A program made the position numbers and the translations under genes. A stretch of DNA of 64,000 nucleotides, from positions 31,374,001-31,438,000 of the forward strand of contig CM059432.1 of the NCBI GenBank assembly GCA_030390025.1, written 5' to 3'. The notes beneath the pieces were generated by a model. The model made no database searches, was not told where the DNA came from, and worked only from the letters and a program-made list of their open reading frames with translations. Shown here piece by piece: positions 1 to 13,208 of this stretch (positions are counted from its first letter, which is position 1; every line of letters starts with the position of its first letter). This DNA comes from Squalus acanthias. Lineage: Eukaryota.

Positions 1-525
1 CGCTGTGTCCGACGGGTTCAGGGGGGCGTACGTGCGGCCGGGGCGGCGATATTTAAAGGGGAGGTGGCAGGCGGCCATTTTTGTTGCTGGCCGCCTGCCA
101 GCACCTGCCCCCGTTGCTGTCCCCGGCCCCCGTGAAGCCCCCCCACCGTGAAGTGCCGGCTGCGCTCCAAGAGCCCGGCACTTCTCTTGAGTGCCGGGCT
201 CTTTTGCCGGCACTCCCGATCCCTGGGAGCCCAGCTGGGCCCCGGTTCGCGCTGCGCAAGGCCCCTCCCCTTTAAGAAGGGGAGGAAGGCCTGCAATACC
301 GCGGCGCGACGTGCCGCAGCGCGTGGCGCTGCGGCACGTAGCGCCAGGATATTCACTCGCAGCGCCCCAAGAGGGATGCGGGGTGCTTCCAGTTGCGCCC
401 CGCTTCCCTCTTGGGGCGCAACCACTGAAGTTCCGGCGCGGGGCCGCTAATTTTTTCGGGGCGCTAAAAGTCGCGCCCCGGCGAGGTTAGCGCCCCAAAT
501 GGGGCGCGACTCAATTTTTACCCCC
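1..525. mobile_element. Harbinger-type GC-rich MITE, right part (left end outside window)
   Basis: Ends in GGGGCGCGACTCAATTTTTACCCCC, nearly identical to the right end of the complete MITE at 55837-56729; many GGCGCT/AGCGCC motifs. Confidence 0.8.
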
Positions 526-619
526 TAGCTTTTTTAGCACTGGTGTGAAGCAAAGCTAAACTACGGTTTACATGCAGCTTTAAACAGATCTCAGTTACCA
601 CTATCTATTTTCTCAGCAT

Positions 620-890
620 ATCTCTCAATTCCAAATAAATCTAATTGTCTCTTGCACCCATTAATACCATTTTCTTCAAATGGTCTTTCTTTAACAGTCT
701 GCAAAAATGTTCTTCTTTTTCCCTACACTCCCAGTTTTCTGATTTTTAGTTATTTTCTTTGAAATTTTAACCCTTCACCACAGTGAACAACTTAACTGGA
801 TCAGGTTTGTTAGCATCACCTTGAAAACATTCATTGGACCAATGCAAAATCTCCTCCTGTCCAAAGAAAACAAGCCCAAGTCCTTAACCT
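620..890 (-). mobile_element. Old CR1 LINE 3' relic
   Basis: Minus-strand peptide LGLFSLDRRR...NVFKVM resembles the CR1 ORF2 C-terminus LGLFSLERRRLRGDLIEVFKIM seen elsewhere in the window. Confidence 0.55.
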
Positions 891-1149
891 CCCAATAAAA
901 GTTGAATAAGGAGAGAAAGAAATTGAAGGGAGCATCACCTTGCACTGTTCTTGCGCACCTTTCAGTTGTTGGTATCATTAGTGGCACTGAAGGTGGAGCA
1001 GGTTGCTTGGCTCTCTGCTTTCCTGAGTGATGCTTGAAGTCTGTGACCAAGACTAGAAATAGGTTTCGAGGGAGCAAGTCTACTTACATTCTAACTTTAC
1101 TGAGTAAAATCTGCTCTACAAGTCTCCATTGGATACTTATTACTTATTT

Positions 1150-1411
1150 AGCAAGAGACATAAAAACAGATTGAAAACGTTTCTATAGATGTGTAAATAG
1201 GAATAGATTAGTGAAAGTAAACTTGGGCCCATTAGAGGTAGAGACAGGAGAAATTATAATGGGCAATAAGGAAATGGCAGAGACATTAAACAAATACTTT
1301 GTATCTGTCTTCACAGTAAAGGACACAAAAAAAATTCCAGAAATAATGGGGAACCAAGGGTCAAGAGAGAATGAGGAACTTAATGAGGAAATCAGTATAA
1401 GTAAAGACATA
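1150..1411 (+). mobile_element. CR1 ORF2 internal fragment
   Basis: GPLEVETGEIIMGNKEMAETLNKYFVSVFT matches the CR1 peptide at about 28670-28850. Confidence 0.85.
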
Positions 1412-1700
1412 GGGGGTGAAATTCGCCTCCTTTGCGCCCGCCGTTAGCACCTCTGGGGGGCGCTAATAGCGCCTGCTGAGAAATTCGTCATTGGCGAGCG
1501 ACGCGATCCCTTCGCGCCCCGCCACAGCCCCTTATCGCTCCACAGCCGAAATTCGTCTGTGCCCCGCGAGGCTGCCGCTGGCGATGTCAGCGACAGCCTT
1601 ACGGGTCGTGAGCTAGGCCGCACACCGCTGGCAGGGCGCTAATTAAAGGGGCGGTCTGGCTGCGCCCGCGCCGTCATTTTTTATTTTGGCTGACCTCCAG
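1412..1700. mobile_element. Truncated Harbinger-type MITE left end
   Basis: Starts GGGGGTGAAATTCGCCTCC after ATA, with GGCGCTAA repeats; similar to the ends at 42610-42700 and 55837. Confidence 0.7.
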
Positions 1701-2394
1701 TTCATAATTCATATATTCCCAAATAGAGACAGAACTCATGTAGTTTAGATTTGTTTGATGTCGCCTAATCTTATCTAGCTGAGACTAATAGGCCTTAGAA
1801 AGATTGCAAACATCTTTTTAAATGGAGCCTATGTCCTTTCTCCATTCAGAAATTTCAGTGGCTCAGCATATCCCAATGTTATGTTTGAGGTGACTTTTAG
1901 GTAAGTTCATTGAAGTTTTCAAGATTAAGAAGGGGCTTGACAAGTTGATCCAGCCAATTATTTATTATGATGAAGGGGTCAAATACCAAGTGACACAAGT
2001 TACAAATTAAGGAGCTTGTGTTTATCTCATTGAGCCAATTTCATACCATTGTAAAGTGTGAGATGGATAGGAAGGGAACTGATTGAGATTTGTACTCAGT
2101 AAGTGGTATGATGATGTGGAATCTCACCCTTCAGAGCTAATTGAAAACAATATGGTTCTTCCCAATGACGGATTTGAATCTGTTCTCTCTACCAAGCTGG
2201 TGCATCTCACAAAGCAGAGATGACTGTGTTTCAATATTGTACATCCCATTCCCTCCCAACAACTATTATTCAAATCATAATGTTCCCTGAGCTGGGTACA
2301 AACAAGACTTGTTACATTTAACAACATAATATGACGGGCAAAATATGTTAGTTATATGTTGTGACAGACAGGTCTGCAAGTGGCAGTAGTCCCT

Positions 2395-3369
2395 AAGATT
2401 GAGATCATCTATTCAGCTGCCTTCATTGTTCAACCTTTCCCACTGCCCACCAAGTCAAATCTCCCCCAAGGGTCCCTGCTCGAGCCTTGATCCTGTGTAT
2501 TTCTATACTTTCTCTCCTATCTTCCCCTCATGTCCTATCTGAGCTCATCTTTCCATGAGACCCACCTCCTGCTCCTTTGACACTATTTCCACTAAATTGT
2601 TGACCATTCAACTTCCCTTCTTGGCCCCCATGTTGGCTGACATTGTAAGTAGTTCCCTCTCCTCAGATAGTGTTCCACTCTATTTCAAAACCATTGTGAT
2701 CACGTCCCCTCAAAAAACTCATCTTGATCTCTCTATCCTTGCAAACTGCCACTCCACCTCCAACCTCCCTCTCCTCTCCAAACTTCTTCAATATGTTGTC
2801 AGCTCCCAAATTGATGCCCATCTTTGCAGCAAATCCATGTTTGTATCTCTCCAATCAGGTTTTCACCCCTGCCACAGCACTGAAATGGCCTTAATCAAAG
2901 TCAAAGTCACAAATGACAGTATTTGTTATGGTGACCATGGTGCATTATCCCTCCTCCTCCTCCTCACCCTGTCTGCAGTCACTGACAAGGTCAATTACAC
3001 CGTCCTCCTCCAACGCCACTTCTCCGTTGTCCAGCTCAGTTGCACTGGGCTCTCTTGGTGCTACTCTTACCTATCCAATCGTAGCTACAGTTTCTCTAAC
3101 ATTGGGACCTCTTCCCATATCCTCTGGAGTCCCCCAGTATCTATTCTTGGTCTCCTCAGCTTCGTCATCTACATGCTGCCCCAATGGTAACATTATACTA
3201 AGACATCGGGGTCAGCTTCCACATGTATGCTGATGACACCCAGTTCTACCTCTCCACCATATCTCTCGACTCCTTCACTGTTTCTGTGCTGTTAGACTGC
3301 TTGTCGGACATGCAATCTTGGATGAGCGGTAATTTCTTCTAATTAAGTATTAGGAAGACCAAAGTCTTT
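2395..3369 (+). mobile_element. L2 LINE reverse transcriptase fragment (5' part, split by Harbinger insertion)
   Basis: SNLPLLSKLL, QSGFHPCHSTEMAL and MYADDTQFY motifs are typical of L2 RT; frameshifted. Confidence 0.9.
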
Positions 3370-3648
3370 GGGTTCGATTTTGTCAGTGTGGGCGGGCTGG
3401 GACGTGTCAGGTGGGAATCGTGTCAGGACCCCGACTCCGAAGTGAAGTGTTGAAAAATTGCGATTTTCCCCTAATTAGGCAATTGATTTCCAGCATGTGG
3501 GAACCCCTGGCCCATTGAGTCTTTTCATCCAGAAAGTCGCCTCCAATGACATCATCAATGCTGCTGGATTTAAGACCTGCAAGCAGCCTTGCTTCTTCTG
3601 GAGACTGAAACGCTTTGGAAATTGTATGAAGGACTTCATTTACCGACC

Positions 3649-6600
3649 ATGTCCAACAGCAAGCAAAAGTGTGCACCTCGGTTTGATGAGCCCTCCCTCC
3701 AAGCAAGATCTAATAAGGAGGTGCTCTTCCCTTCCTCAGGGAGAAAAAAGCCACCCCAACAGACTAAAGCTGTGTGGCTGCAAGTGGCCGAGGAGGTCAA
3801 CTCCATATCAATGAGCCGCAGAACCTGACTGCAATGCAGGAAGAGGTTTCATGACCTTCTCCGCACAGGAAAAGTGAGTATGACTTTCCCATCACCCTCA
3901 ATCTGATCCCCATCGCCTCTCCTCACCAGCACTCTGCTTTGCCAACCTCTTCCTCCACATCCCACTTGACACTTACATCCCTGCACCCTTACCCATTGTC
4001 TCTCTATCTATGGTCACATTCCTTTAACTATTCGACCATGTAGCCCTCACACTCCCTATCACAATGATGCAACAACAACAGGGAGGGCCCTTTGTCTCCT
4101 TCTAAGCATCAATGCTATGCATTCTCTACACTCACTCCTTCATTCTCACTCAAACTCCACTTGAGTTCGTGGCACTACGAGTGGCTCAGCTGCACAGGAG
4201 GGGAGGAAAAAGAGTGGGAGAGCAATAGTGATAGGGGATTCTATCGTAAGGGGAAAAGATAGACATTTCTGTGGCCGCAGACGTGACACCAGGATGGTAT
4301 GTTGCCTCCCTGGTGCCAGGGTCAAGGAAGTCACTGAACGGCTGCAGGGCATTCTGAAGGGGGAGGGCGAACAGTCAGAGGTCGTGGTTCACATTGGTAC
4401 CAATGACATGGGTAGAAAGAGGGATGAGGTCCTGCAACAAGAATTTAGGGAGCTAGGTAGCAGATTAAAAAGCAGGACCTCAAAGGTTGTAATCTCTGGA
4501 TTACTCCCGGTGCCACGTGCTAGTGAGTATAGGAATAGGAGGATAGAGCAGATGAATGCGTGGCTAAAGAGTTGGTGCAGGAGGGAGGGCTTTAGTTTCC
4601 TGGATCACTGGGTCTGCTTCTGGGGAAGGTGGGACCTGTACAAGTCAGACGGGTTGCACCTGAACCGGAACGGGACCAACATCCTTGCGGGGAGGTTTGC
4701 TAGTACTGTTGGGGGGATGTTTAAACTAACTAGGCAGGGGGATGGGATACGGAGTGGAGCTATAGTAGGGGGTGATGCACAGCCAAATATAGAGGAAAAA
4801 ACAAGTCAGCCTGGAAGGCAGAGCAAATATGTAACGGCACAAGGGAGTATGGCAAGGCTGGATGGCATTTATTTTAATGCAAGGAGTCTTGCGAGTAAGG
4901 CAGATGAATTGAAGGTGTTGATGAACACATGGGAGTATGATATTGTTGCTATCACAGAGACATGGTTGAGGGAAGGGCAGGACTGGCAGCTCAATATTCC
5001 GGGGTATAGAATCTTCAGGCGAGACAGAGGGGGGTGTAAAAGAGGAGGGGATGTCGCAATATTAATCAAGGAGTCAATTACTGCTGTAAGGAGGGATGAT
5101 ATCTTAGCAGGTTCCTCTAATGAGGCAATATGGGGAGAACTTAAAAACAAAAAGGGGGCAAGCACTTTGCTGGGAGTGTACTATAGGCCCCCAAACAATC
5201 AGGGGGAGATAGAGGAACAGATATGTAGGCAAATCTCAGAGAAGTGTAGAAATAATAGTAATAATAGTAGGGGAATTCAACTTCCCCAATATTAACTGGG
5301 ATAGTCAGAGTGTGAAAGGCGTAGAGGGTGCAGAATTCTTAAAGTGCATCCAGGAGAGCTTTTTGAGCCAGTATGTAGAAAGTCCTACAAGAGAGGAGAC
5401 GGTATTGGACCTAATTCTAGGGAATGTAGCCGGGCAAGTGGTAGAAGTGTCAGTAGGAGAGCATTTTGGTGACAGTGACCATAATTCGGTGAGATTTAAG
5501 GTAGTCATGGAAAAGGACAAAGATGGACCGGAAATAAAGGTTCTAAATTGGGGGAAGGCCGATTTTAATATGATAAGGCAGGATCTGGCCAAAGTGGATT
5601 GGGATAAGCTACTTGTAGGAAAATCCACATCAGAGCAGTGGGAGTCTTTCAGAAAGGAAATAGAGAGAGAGTACAATGCCAACATGTTCCCGTAAAGGTC
5701 AAGGGTGGGACCAACAAGCTCAGGGAACCCTGGATGTCAAGGGACACACAAGAATGGATTGGGAAAAAAGGGAGGCTTTTGGCAGATACAAAGGACTAAA
5801 AACAGTGAAAGCCCTAGAGGAGTAGAGAAAGTGCAGGGGGGTACTTAAAAAAGAAATTAGGAGAGCGAAGAGGGGGGCATGAAAAAACACTGGTGGGCAA
5901 AATAAAGGAAAATCCCAAGGTGTTTTATCAGTATATTAAGGGCAAGAGGATAACCAGGGAAAGGGTAGGGCCCATTAGGGACCAAAGTGGCAATCTGTGT
6001 GTAGAGCCGGAAGATGTGGGTGAGGTTTTAAATGAATATTTTGCATCTGTGTTCACTATGGAGAAGGACGATGTAGGCATAGAAATCAGGCAGGGGGATT
6101 GTGATATACTTGAACAAATTAGTATTGAGAGGGAGGAGGTACTCGCGGTTTTAGCGGGCTTAGAAGTAGATAAATCCCCAGGCCCAGATGAGATGTATCC
6201 CAGGCTGCTGTGTGAGGCAAGGGAGGCAGGGGCTCTGACACAAATTTTCAGAACCTCTCTGGCCACAGGGGAGGTGCCAGAGGACTGGAGGACAGCTAAC
6301 GTAGTACCATTATTCAAGAAGGGTAGTAGGGATAAACCAGGGAATTACAGGCCAGTGAGCCTAACATCAGTGGTAGGGAAATTATTGGAAAAAATTCTGA
6401 GGGACAGAATTAGTCTCCACTTGGAGAGGCAAGGATTAATCAAGGATAGTCAGCATGGCTTTGTCAGGGGGAGATCATGTCTAACCAATTTGATTGAATT
6501 TTTTGAGGGGGTGACTAGGTGTGTGGATGAGGGTAGTGCAGTTGATGTAATCTACATGGACTTCAGTAAGGCTTTTGACAAAGTCCCACATGGGAGACTG

Positions 6601-9126
6601 GTCAAGAAGGTAAGAGCCCATGGGATCCAGGGCAATTTGGCACATTGGATCCAAAATTGGCTTAGTGACAGGAGGCAGAGGGTGATGGTCGAAGGTTGTT
6701 TTTGTGACTGGAAGCCTGTGTCCAGTGGTGTACGACAGGGATCGGTGCTGTGTCCTTTGCTGTTTGTAGTGTACATTAATGATTTAGATATGAATGTAGG
6801 AGGTATGATCAGTAAGTTCACAGATGACACGAAAATTGGTGGAGTGGTAAATGGCGAGGAGGGAAGCCTCAGGCTACAGGACGATATAGACGGGTTGGTC
6901 AGATGGGCAGAACAGTGGCAAATGGAATTTAACCCTGAAAAGTGTGGGGTGATGCATTTTGTGAGGACTGACAAGGCAAGGGAATACACAATGAATGGTA
7001 GGACCCTAGGAAGGACAGAGGATCAGGAGGACCTTGGTGTGCATGTACGTAGACCCCTGAAGGCAGCAGGACAGGTAGATAAGGTGGTTAAAAAGGCATA
7101 TGGGATACTTGCCTTCATTAGCCGAGGCATAGAATATAAGAGCAGGGAGGTTATGATGGAGCTGTACAAAACGTTAGTTAGGCCACAGCTGGAATACTGT
7201 GTGCAGTTCTGGTCGCCACACCATAGGAGGGATGTGATTGCATTGGAGAGGGTGCAGAGGAGATTCACCAGGATGTTACCTGGGCTGGAGCGTTTCAGCT
7301 ATGAAGAGAGACTGGACAGGCTGGAGTTGTTTTCCTTAGAGCAGAGAAGGCTGAGGGGGGACCTGATTGAGGTGTACAAAATTATGAGGGGCATAGATAG
7401 GATAGATAGAAAGGAACTTTTCCCCTTAGTAGAGGGGTCAATAACCAGGGGGCATAGTTTCAAGGTAAGGGGCAGGAGGTTTAGAGGGGATTTGAGGTAA
7501 AACTTTTTCATCCAGAGGGTGGTTGGAATCTGGAACTCACTGCCTGAAAGGGTGGTAGAGGCAGGAACCCTCACAACATTCAAGAAGCATTTAGATGAGC
7601 ACTTGAAACGCCATAGCATACAAGGCTACGGACCAAGTGCTGGAAAATGGGATTAGAATAGACAGGGCTTGATGGCCGGCGTGGACACTATGGGCCGAAG
7701 GGCCTCTTTCTGTGCTGTATAAATCTATGACTCTATGAATCTATGAGTCCCTCATTGCAGGAAAAGAGAGCCTACAATAAGAGGGAAAGAGCCATGACAG
7801 GAGGAGGGCCACCCTCAGTAGCCCAGCTCACCGCCTGGGAGGAGGCGGCCCAGGAAATCGCCGGGATCGAGGATGATTCCCAAGTGGGGGACAGACAGAC
7901 GGGCGCATCACAGCAAGCTGGTGACAGAATAGTTTGGCCTCTCTCTCATTGACATTGCATGAGTCACTGATAATGAATCTGATGCTATAACAGATTGACT
8001 TATGATCATCTGCACTATTCAATGTTCATGTAACCTTGACCTCACATCTCTAACTTTTTCCTTTACTCCCCCACAGGACCATCGAAATCCCCCGTCCCCA
8101 CTGTCCAGGAGGAAGAGCCTGAGCTTCCAGACTCCTCAGAGGAAGCTGCAACCTCTGAGGGCGCAACGTCAGCAGAATTCAGCGCACCCAGCACCAGCGC
8201 AGACACTCACACCTCGGTGGGACCATCGCGACATAGAGTAGTGTTGTCACCTGGTGTATCACAGCTCACAAGTGAGCATCAGCAGATGGTGGAGTCAGGG
8301 ACAGCAGTGGAGAGTCCTCGTCGGAGGGCGCAGGACTCTCCCAGCTCGGCTCAGCTGCATGTCGATCCTGTGCCTCCGGGTCCATCCAGAAGGGGAGTGG
8401 TGCTGGAACTCCAGGAACAGGTGCAGGAGTCTCTGGCAGGTTTTGTCTCCAGGGTCACTGCATGTGTGGAGCGAATGGAGGAGTCCATCGCGAACATGAG
8501 CAGAGCCTTTGTGGAGGCATTGGCGCATGAACGCATCACACAGAAAGGATGGTAACCTCCGTGGGAAGGATGGCTACGGTAGAGGAGAGAATGGCTACGG
8601 CCATGGAGGAGCTAAGTCGCCAGAATTGTTCAGAATAGACTGGCATCTCTTGAGGAGCGATGGTCAGTTATTGAGCATGGAAACCAGACCTTCATGGAAG
8701 TCCTCTGGAGTAGCACTTCCAGTGCAGAAATGGATCCTCATGGCCCCCCCTGAAGTGCAGCAAGGTGCTGTCAAGCCACTTGCTAGCTCTGAAGTGGGGC
8801 TGACCCATGAGAGGGAAGTTGGTGGCAGACAACAAGGAAGTGGGGGCTCCTCTCCAAACGCTCACACGACCACGCCACTGCAAAGCCCTTGGTCAGAGCC
8901 CCACCAGAGTCCTCACCCAAGTGAGATGGGCGTCTCATGCCCTGCACAGCCGCAGGAGCAGCAGACTGTTGGCGAGCCCTCACAGGTTCGCAACCCCAGA
9001 GGACGCCTGCCAAAGGTGTCGAGACAGGAGCAGCAAGAAAGTGAGCAAGGGGCCTCCACATCTGCTGAAGCCACAGGGGAAGCACCACGTAGGAGCACGC
9101 GTAAGAGGAAGATAATGCACAAGTAG
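3649..9126 (+). pseudogene. Harbinger Myb/SANT-like DNA-binding protein gene, three exons (3649-3873, 7761-7920, 8077-9126)
   Basis: APRF...LFPSSGRKKP...WLQVAEEVN...RT*LQCRKRFHDL; GT/AG sites at 3874, 7760, 7921 and 8076; exon 2 EKRAYNKRERAMTGGG; basic C-terminus RRSTRKRK. One TGA where W is expected, and frameshifts in exon 3. Confidence 0.85.
4150..7745 (+). mobile_element. CR1 LINE (ORF1 esterase part plus EN-RT ORF2), 5'-truncated and frameshifted
   Basis: SGNH esterase motifs GDSIVRG/HIGTND/DGLHLN; endonuclease FNARSL, ITETWL; RT YMDFSKAFDKVPH, SKFTDDTK; (CTATGA)-type 3' tail. Confidence 0.97.
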
Positions 9127-9384
9127 TCACAAGGGTAGTCACTTGGGTGTTATGTTGTGTTTATTTTTGAAACGCCATCAGTTACTTGTTGTGATAAAAA
9201 TTTCTGATGGCAAACTGTTGAAGTTGTGGCCTGCGTCATTTCGCAAATGGGTCTTCCACATTGAGGGCTTAGAGCGACTTGCAATTGTCAGTATAGTGGT
9301 CAGAGTGATAGGAATCCACAGGTTCTTGTCCATTGTCGATGCTCTGGTAAGAAGGTGCAAGGCAAAAGTGTTTGATTGTGCAGG

Positions 9385-9611
9385 CTAAGCAAATCTGGCC
9401 AACATGAGTGCGTCCCTTGCATGCTGGGCAGCAATGTGGTCATGCTCTGGCGCCTTCTGGCCTGTGCAGTTTCAGGTGGGTGAGCAGCAGCTTGGCGCTC
9501 CTGTTGGTGCTCCTGCTGTTGATGCTGCTGTTGTTCAGGGTTCTGCTGCTGCCGCGGCTGGTCTTCGTCCGAATCTGATGTCCAGGAGGAAAGGAAATAA
9601 ATGGTTCCCAT
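9385..9611 (-). pseudogene. Harbinger transposase relic: Q-rich N-terminus joined to the extreme C-terminus
   Basis: MGTIY...SDSDEDQPRQQQ resembles the start at 13209; it ends HIAAQHARDALMLARFA*, like HIATRNARDALIIARFT* at 13945-13999. Confidence 0.75.
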
Positions 9612-10142
9612 GCTTCTGCTATATACCTCAGTTGAGGAAGCGCTCAGTCAAGGTGGGGAGAGGGGTTTCCCAGGAGGTCACACTGAAGATGGGTCTCAGG
9701 CTCCAAACATCCACAACAATGTAGTAGGTCTGCTAAAAGTTCCCCCAGACCTGAGACAACAAAGTTCTGCCACCTGCAAATGATCATTGGTGAAAACTCC
9801 TTTTTAATGGTGGAGCTGCAGCTGTTACTAAGCAATCCACTTGTGAGGCCGCCAGGTTTACCTGGCGTGTTCCAGAGGAGACGTGCAGGATGTGGGAAAT
9901 GTCTAAAAATCAAAAAGGCCTCTCAAAATTGGATTATAGAGGCAATTAAGTGATTGTTAAGGGCCTTAATGGCCTATCCCGCCTCTTGGAGGCGGGATGG
10001 AAACGGGGTCTGAAACCCCGATTCTGGGAAAATTGCTCGGAGGCGGGATGGAGGCGGGATCGGGCCCGCACACCATTTTTTGCGATTTTAACACCTCACA
10101 TGCCTCCAATCCCGCCTCCTCGGCCCTGGCAAAATCGAGCCC

Positions 10143-10715
10143 ATTGTCTTCGGTCCCCGCCACGAACTCTATACTGTAGCTATTGATTCCATTCCCCTTC
10201 CCAGCCACTGTCTCAGGTTGAAACAGACTGTTCGCAACCTTGGCCTCCTATTTTACCCATATCCTCCCCATCACAAAGACCACCTACTTCCACTTGTGTA
10301 ACATCGCCCGTCTGTATCTTTGCCTCTGTTCAGCTGCCGCTGAAAGCCTCATCCATGACTTTGTCACCTCCAGGCTTGACTATTCCAATGTTTTTGTGGC
10401 TGGCCTCCGAATCTCCACGCTCCATAAAATTAATCTCATCCAAAACTATGTTGTCCATATCCTGCCCCTCATCAAGCCGTACTCACCCATCACTCCTGTG
10501 ATTTCTGACCTACAATAGCTCCTCGTCCTCCTGCATTACCATATTAAGATTCTCATGCTTATTTTTAAATCCCTTCATGGCCTCACACCTCCTTATCTCT
10601 GTAACTTCCAGCCCTATAATCCCCCAGAATGCTTCATTGCCAACCCTGGCCTCTAGTGAATTTCCCCTTCTTTCGCCCTGCCATTGGCAGCTGTGCCTTC
10701 AGCCACCTAGACCCC
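10143..10715 (+). mobile_element. L2 LINE 3' continuation
   Basis: ITKTTYFHLCNIARL...LIHDFVTSRLDYSN...HKINLIQN...PITPV is the typical L2 C-terminal region. Confidence 0.9.
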
Positions 10716-10916
10716 ATGCTCATGTTAATTGTCCCTTCTGGTTTGTAGTTACCAAATTGAAATATCTTAAATGTTCTCTCAGCAAACATTACACACTAAA
10801 GTAGCTAGTTTTCCCAGTGCCACTGGCAGATTAGAGAGATTGGCTTTCACCCCTGTGTAAGCCAGTTCATCGTTTTACAGGATATCCTCTTCATCAGACT
10901 CCGATTCGAATGAATG

Positions 10917-11555
10917 AAACCCCAGATCCCCTTTGCTCACCATACCATTCCTCTCTCACGGAATATTACATCCTTCTCCTGGGCACAAAGCTGAAATGAG
11001 GCACAACAAAAGATTCCAAACAAAATTAATAAATTGATCAATATTCACATGACATATTTACAATAATACTATTAACTAATCACCCTTGTGCAATCCCTTA
11101 GTACCTGTCTTTCATGTGGGTTTTCCTAACCTTGCGGTCCTACGAAGTGCTCCACCAGTGGCTGCAGCTCGGCGGGTGGAAGGCTGTTGTGTTTCCATGC
11201 GGGAGACTTCAGATGGCCTTGCAGGATGAACTCGAGCAGCTCTGGACCTAGAAGGCCCGGCTGTAGACTGCACCACCTCGGCATGGGCAGCAGCAGTCTG
11301 GGCTGGCTGGCTAACAGGCAGCGGCAAGGGCAATGGCGGAGTGGCAGTGGTGGGAACAGGAATGCTGTCATCCTGAGAGAGGACGGCAGGGTCCTGCTCC
11401 ACTGACAACTGCCACTCCCCCGGGGCAGCACCTCAGCACTCTTAGCAGTCTGTTGGAGCACAGATTGCTGGGCTGCTGCAACACCCTGCAAGCCCTGGTC
11501 GAAGATGGTAAACGCAGCCACGATGGCAGCAGTCAGAGGCTTCCAGCTGGGATTG
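10917..11555 (-). mobile_element. Harbinger internal fragment (Myb gene 3' end plus intergenic region)
   Basis: SVEQDPAVLSQDDSIPVPTTATPP...AQTAAAHAEVVQS closely matches the peptide at 62450-62790; 10917-11100 resembles 18933-19110. Confidence 0.8.
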
Positions 11556-12492
11556 CATGAACCAGAAATAGTTAACAATCTGAAAGGGAAGGGAGCATCT
11601 TGCAAATAGTGACAATTATATGATTGAATTTAATATTAGGTTTGAAAGGGAGAAAGGTCAATCACAAACCAAGGTTTTAAATTTAAGTAAGGCAAACTTC
11701 AAAAGGATAAGAAATAATTTGTCCACAGTAAACTGGGGTGAACTGTTAATGGATAAACTTACAAACAGTGGAAAATATATTTTTTTAAATTGGTACAATA
11801 ACAAAGCGAGTACATAATCCCTGAAAAACAAAGGTTTCACTTGTGTAGTTAAGCAACCATGTAGTTAACAACCATGTTAAGCAACAAATGAGGTATGAGA
11901 CAGTATCAAGCTAAAAGTAAATGCTTAAATAAATGCAAGAAAAGTGGAAATCAAGCAGACTTGGAGCGCTATTAAAAGCAACAAAGGGATAAAACAAAAA
12001 GTAATGAAGGGAAAAAAGGAATATGAATAAACTTGCAAGGAATATCAAAGCTAATAGCAAAAGTTTTTAGAAATATATTAAGAGAGAGAGTGGTAAAGGG
12101 GAATGTGGGCCTATTAAAGACAGATGCAGGCGAGACAATAATGGACAATAAAGAAATAGCAGACTTGTAAATTAGTACTTTGTATCTGTTTTCACAGTGA
12201 AAAAAGAGGGCAAAAGAACCCAAAAATAAGTCATGCGGAGGAACTTAATTGATTTAATATAAGTAAAAAATGGAATGGAGAAATAATAGGACTTAAGATA
12301 GACAAAATTGCAGGATCTGATGAGTTCTACCGCACAGTATTGAAAGAAATAGGTGAGGAAATTATAGATGCATTAGTCATATTTTGCAAACCTCTCCAGA
12401 TTTATGAATCTAGATTGTGCCTTTAGATTGGAAATGCCACTCTATTATTTAAGAAGGGAGGTAGAGAGGAACCAGATAACTACAGACCTATC

Positions 12493-12654
12493 CGTCTTCA
12501 CTTCTTTCGTATGGTAGTAGCAAAGCAAATCAGATGTCAATGTTTATGTCAGATATCCAGGCCAAAGCTTCTGTGTAGCAGCGTGGAGATCTTGTAGGCT
12601 GCCTGCGAATTTCCTCTGAGGGCAGTGCTCAATGATGTGCTCCAAGGTCTGATC
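12493..12654 (-). mobile_element. 3' end of a Vingi/Ingi-like non-LTR retrotransposon
   Basis: Minus strand reads DQTLEHIIEHCPQRKFAGSLQDLHAAT/EALAWISDINIDI* (one frameshift), then CATACGAAAGAAG; it interrupts CR1 sequence CCTATC|AGTTTAAC. Confidence 0.65.
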
Positions 12655-13208
12655 AGTTTAACATCAGTTGTGGGGAAGTAACTGGAATCTATCATCAGAC
12701 ACAGAGGGGGGAATTTTAACGTGGATGAGCACGTGGGTTTGGGTGGGGGGTGTGAAATCAAGGAAAAATGCGAGCGCGTCGGGAAGTCGGCTCCAACCGC
12801 CAGCTTCCGCATTTCACTCCAGCGCGTTGGGCTGTGTGCGAGCAACCCCCTCGGGGCAGGCGGGTTGTCAATTTCAATCTGTTCATCGCTCAATTAGTGC
12901 AATATTGACGTGGGTTTTGCAATTGGACTTTGTGTCTATGGATTTCCTGGAATTTGCCAGTGAAAGCAAGGCGAGAACACAACGGCAATTGAGGGGGATG
13001 AAGACATGACAGGGAAACATGCCAATAAGTACTCAGTACTCACTGCTGCTTTCCTGCCTGTTTGTGTGAAAAGGTTTGTTCACAGTACTTGTGCTGAGAG
13101 GTTACTTTAACATTTTGGCGGTTACTTTACACACATTAGAGGTGTCATCTACACTTTGGAGGTTCGAAGTCTGATCTGCACTTTGGAGCTCTTATCTATC
13201 AGATCAGC

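Larger units (their letters stand above)
3370..10142. mobile_element. PIF/Harbinger transposon (transposase internally deleted) containing a nested CR1
   Basis: 17-bp TIRs GGGTTCGATTTTGTCAG and (reverse complement) GGGCTCGATTTTGCCAG; 3-bp flanks TTT/ATT; the L2 sequence resumes immediately after 10142; contains a Myb gene and a transposase relic. Confidence 0.9.

Noticed and set aside
18..490. Overlapping ORFs in the first 500 bp
   Set aside because: They are by-products of a GC-rich MITE and have no recognisable domain.
939..1053. Possible minus-strand exon (TTTCTAG...CAAG/GTGATG)
   Set aside because: Splice signals are weak and the peptide is not recognisable.
5928..7619. Antisense ORFs over CR1 ORF2 (also at 28629, 31828, 53797, 58987)
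   Set aside because: They are shadow frames of the LINE coding strand.
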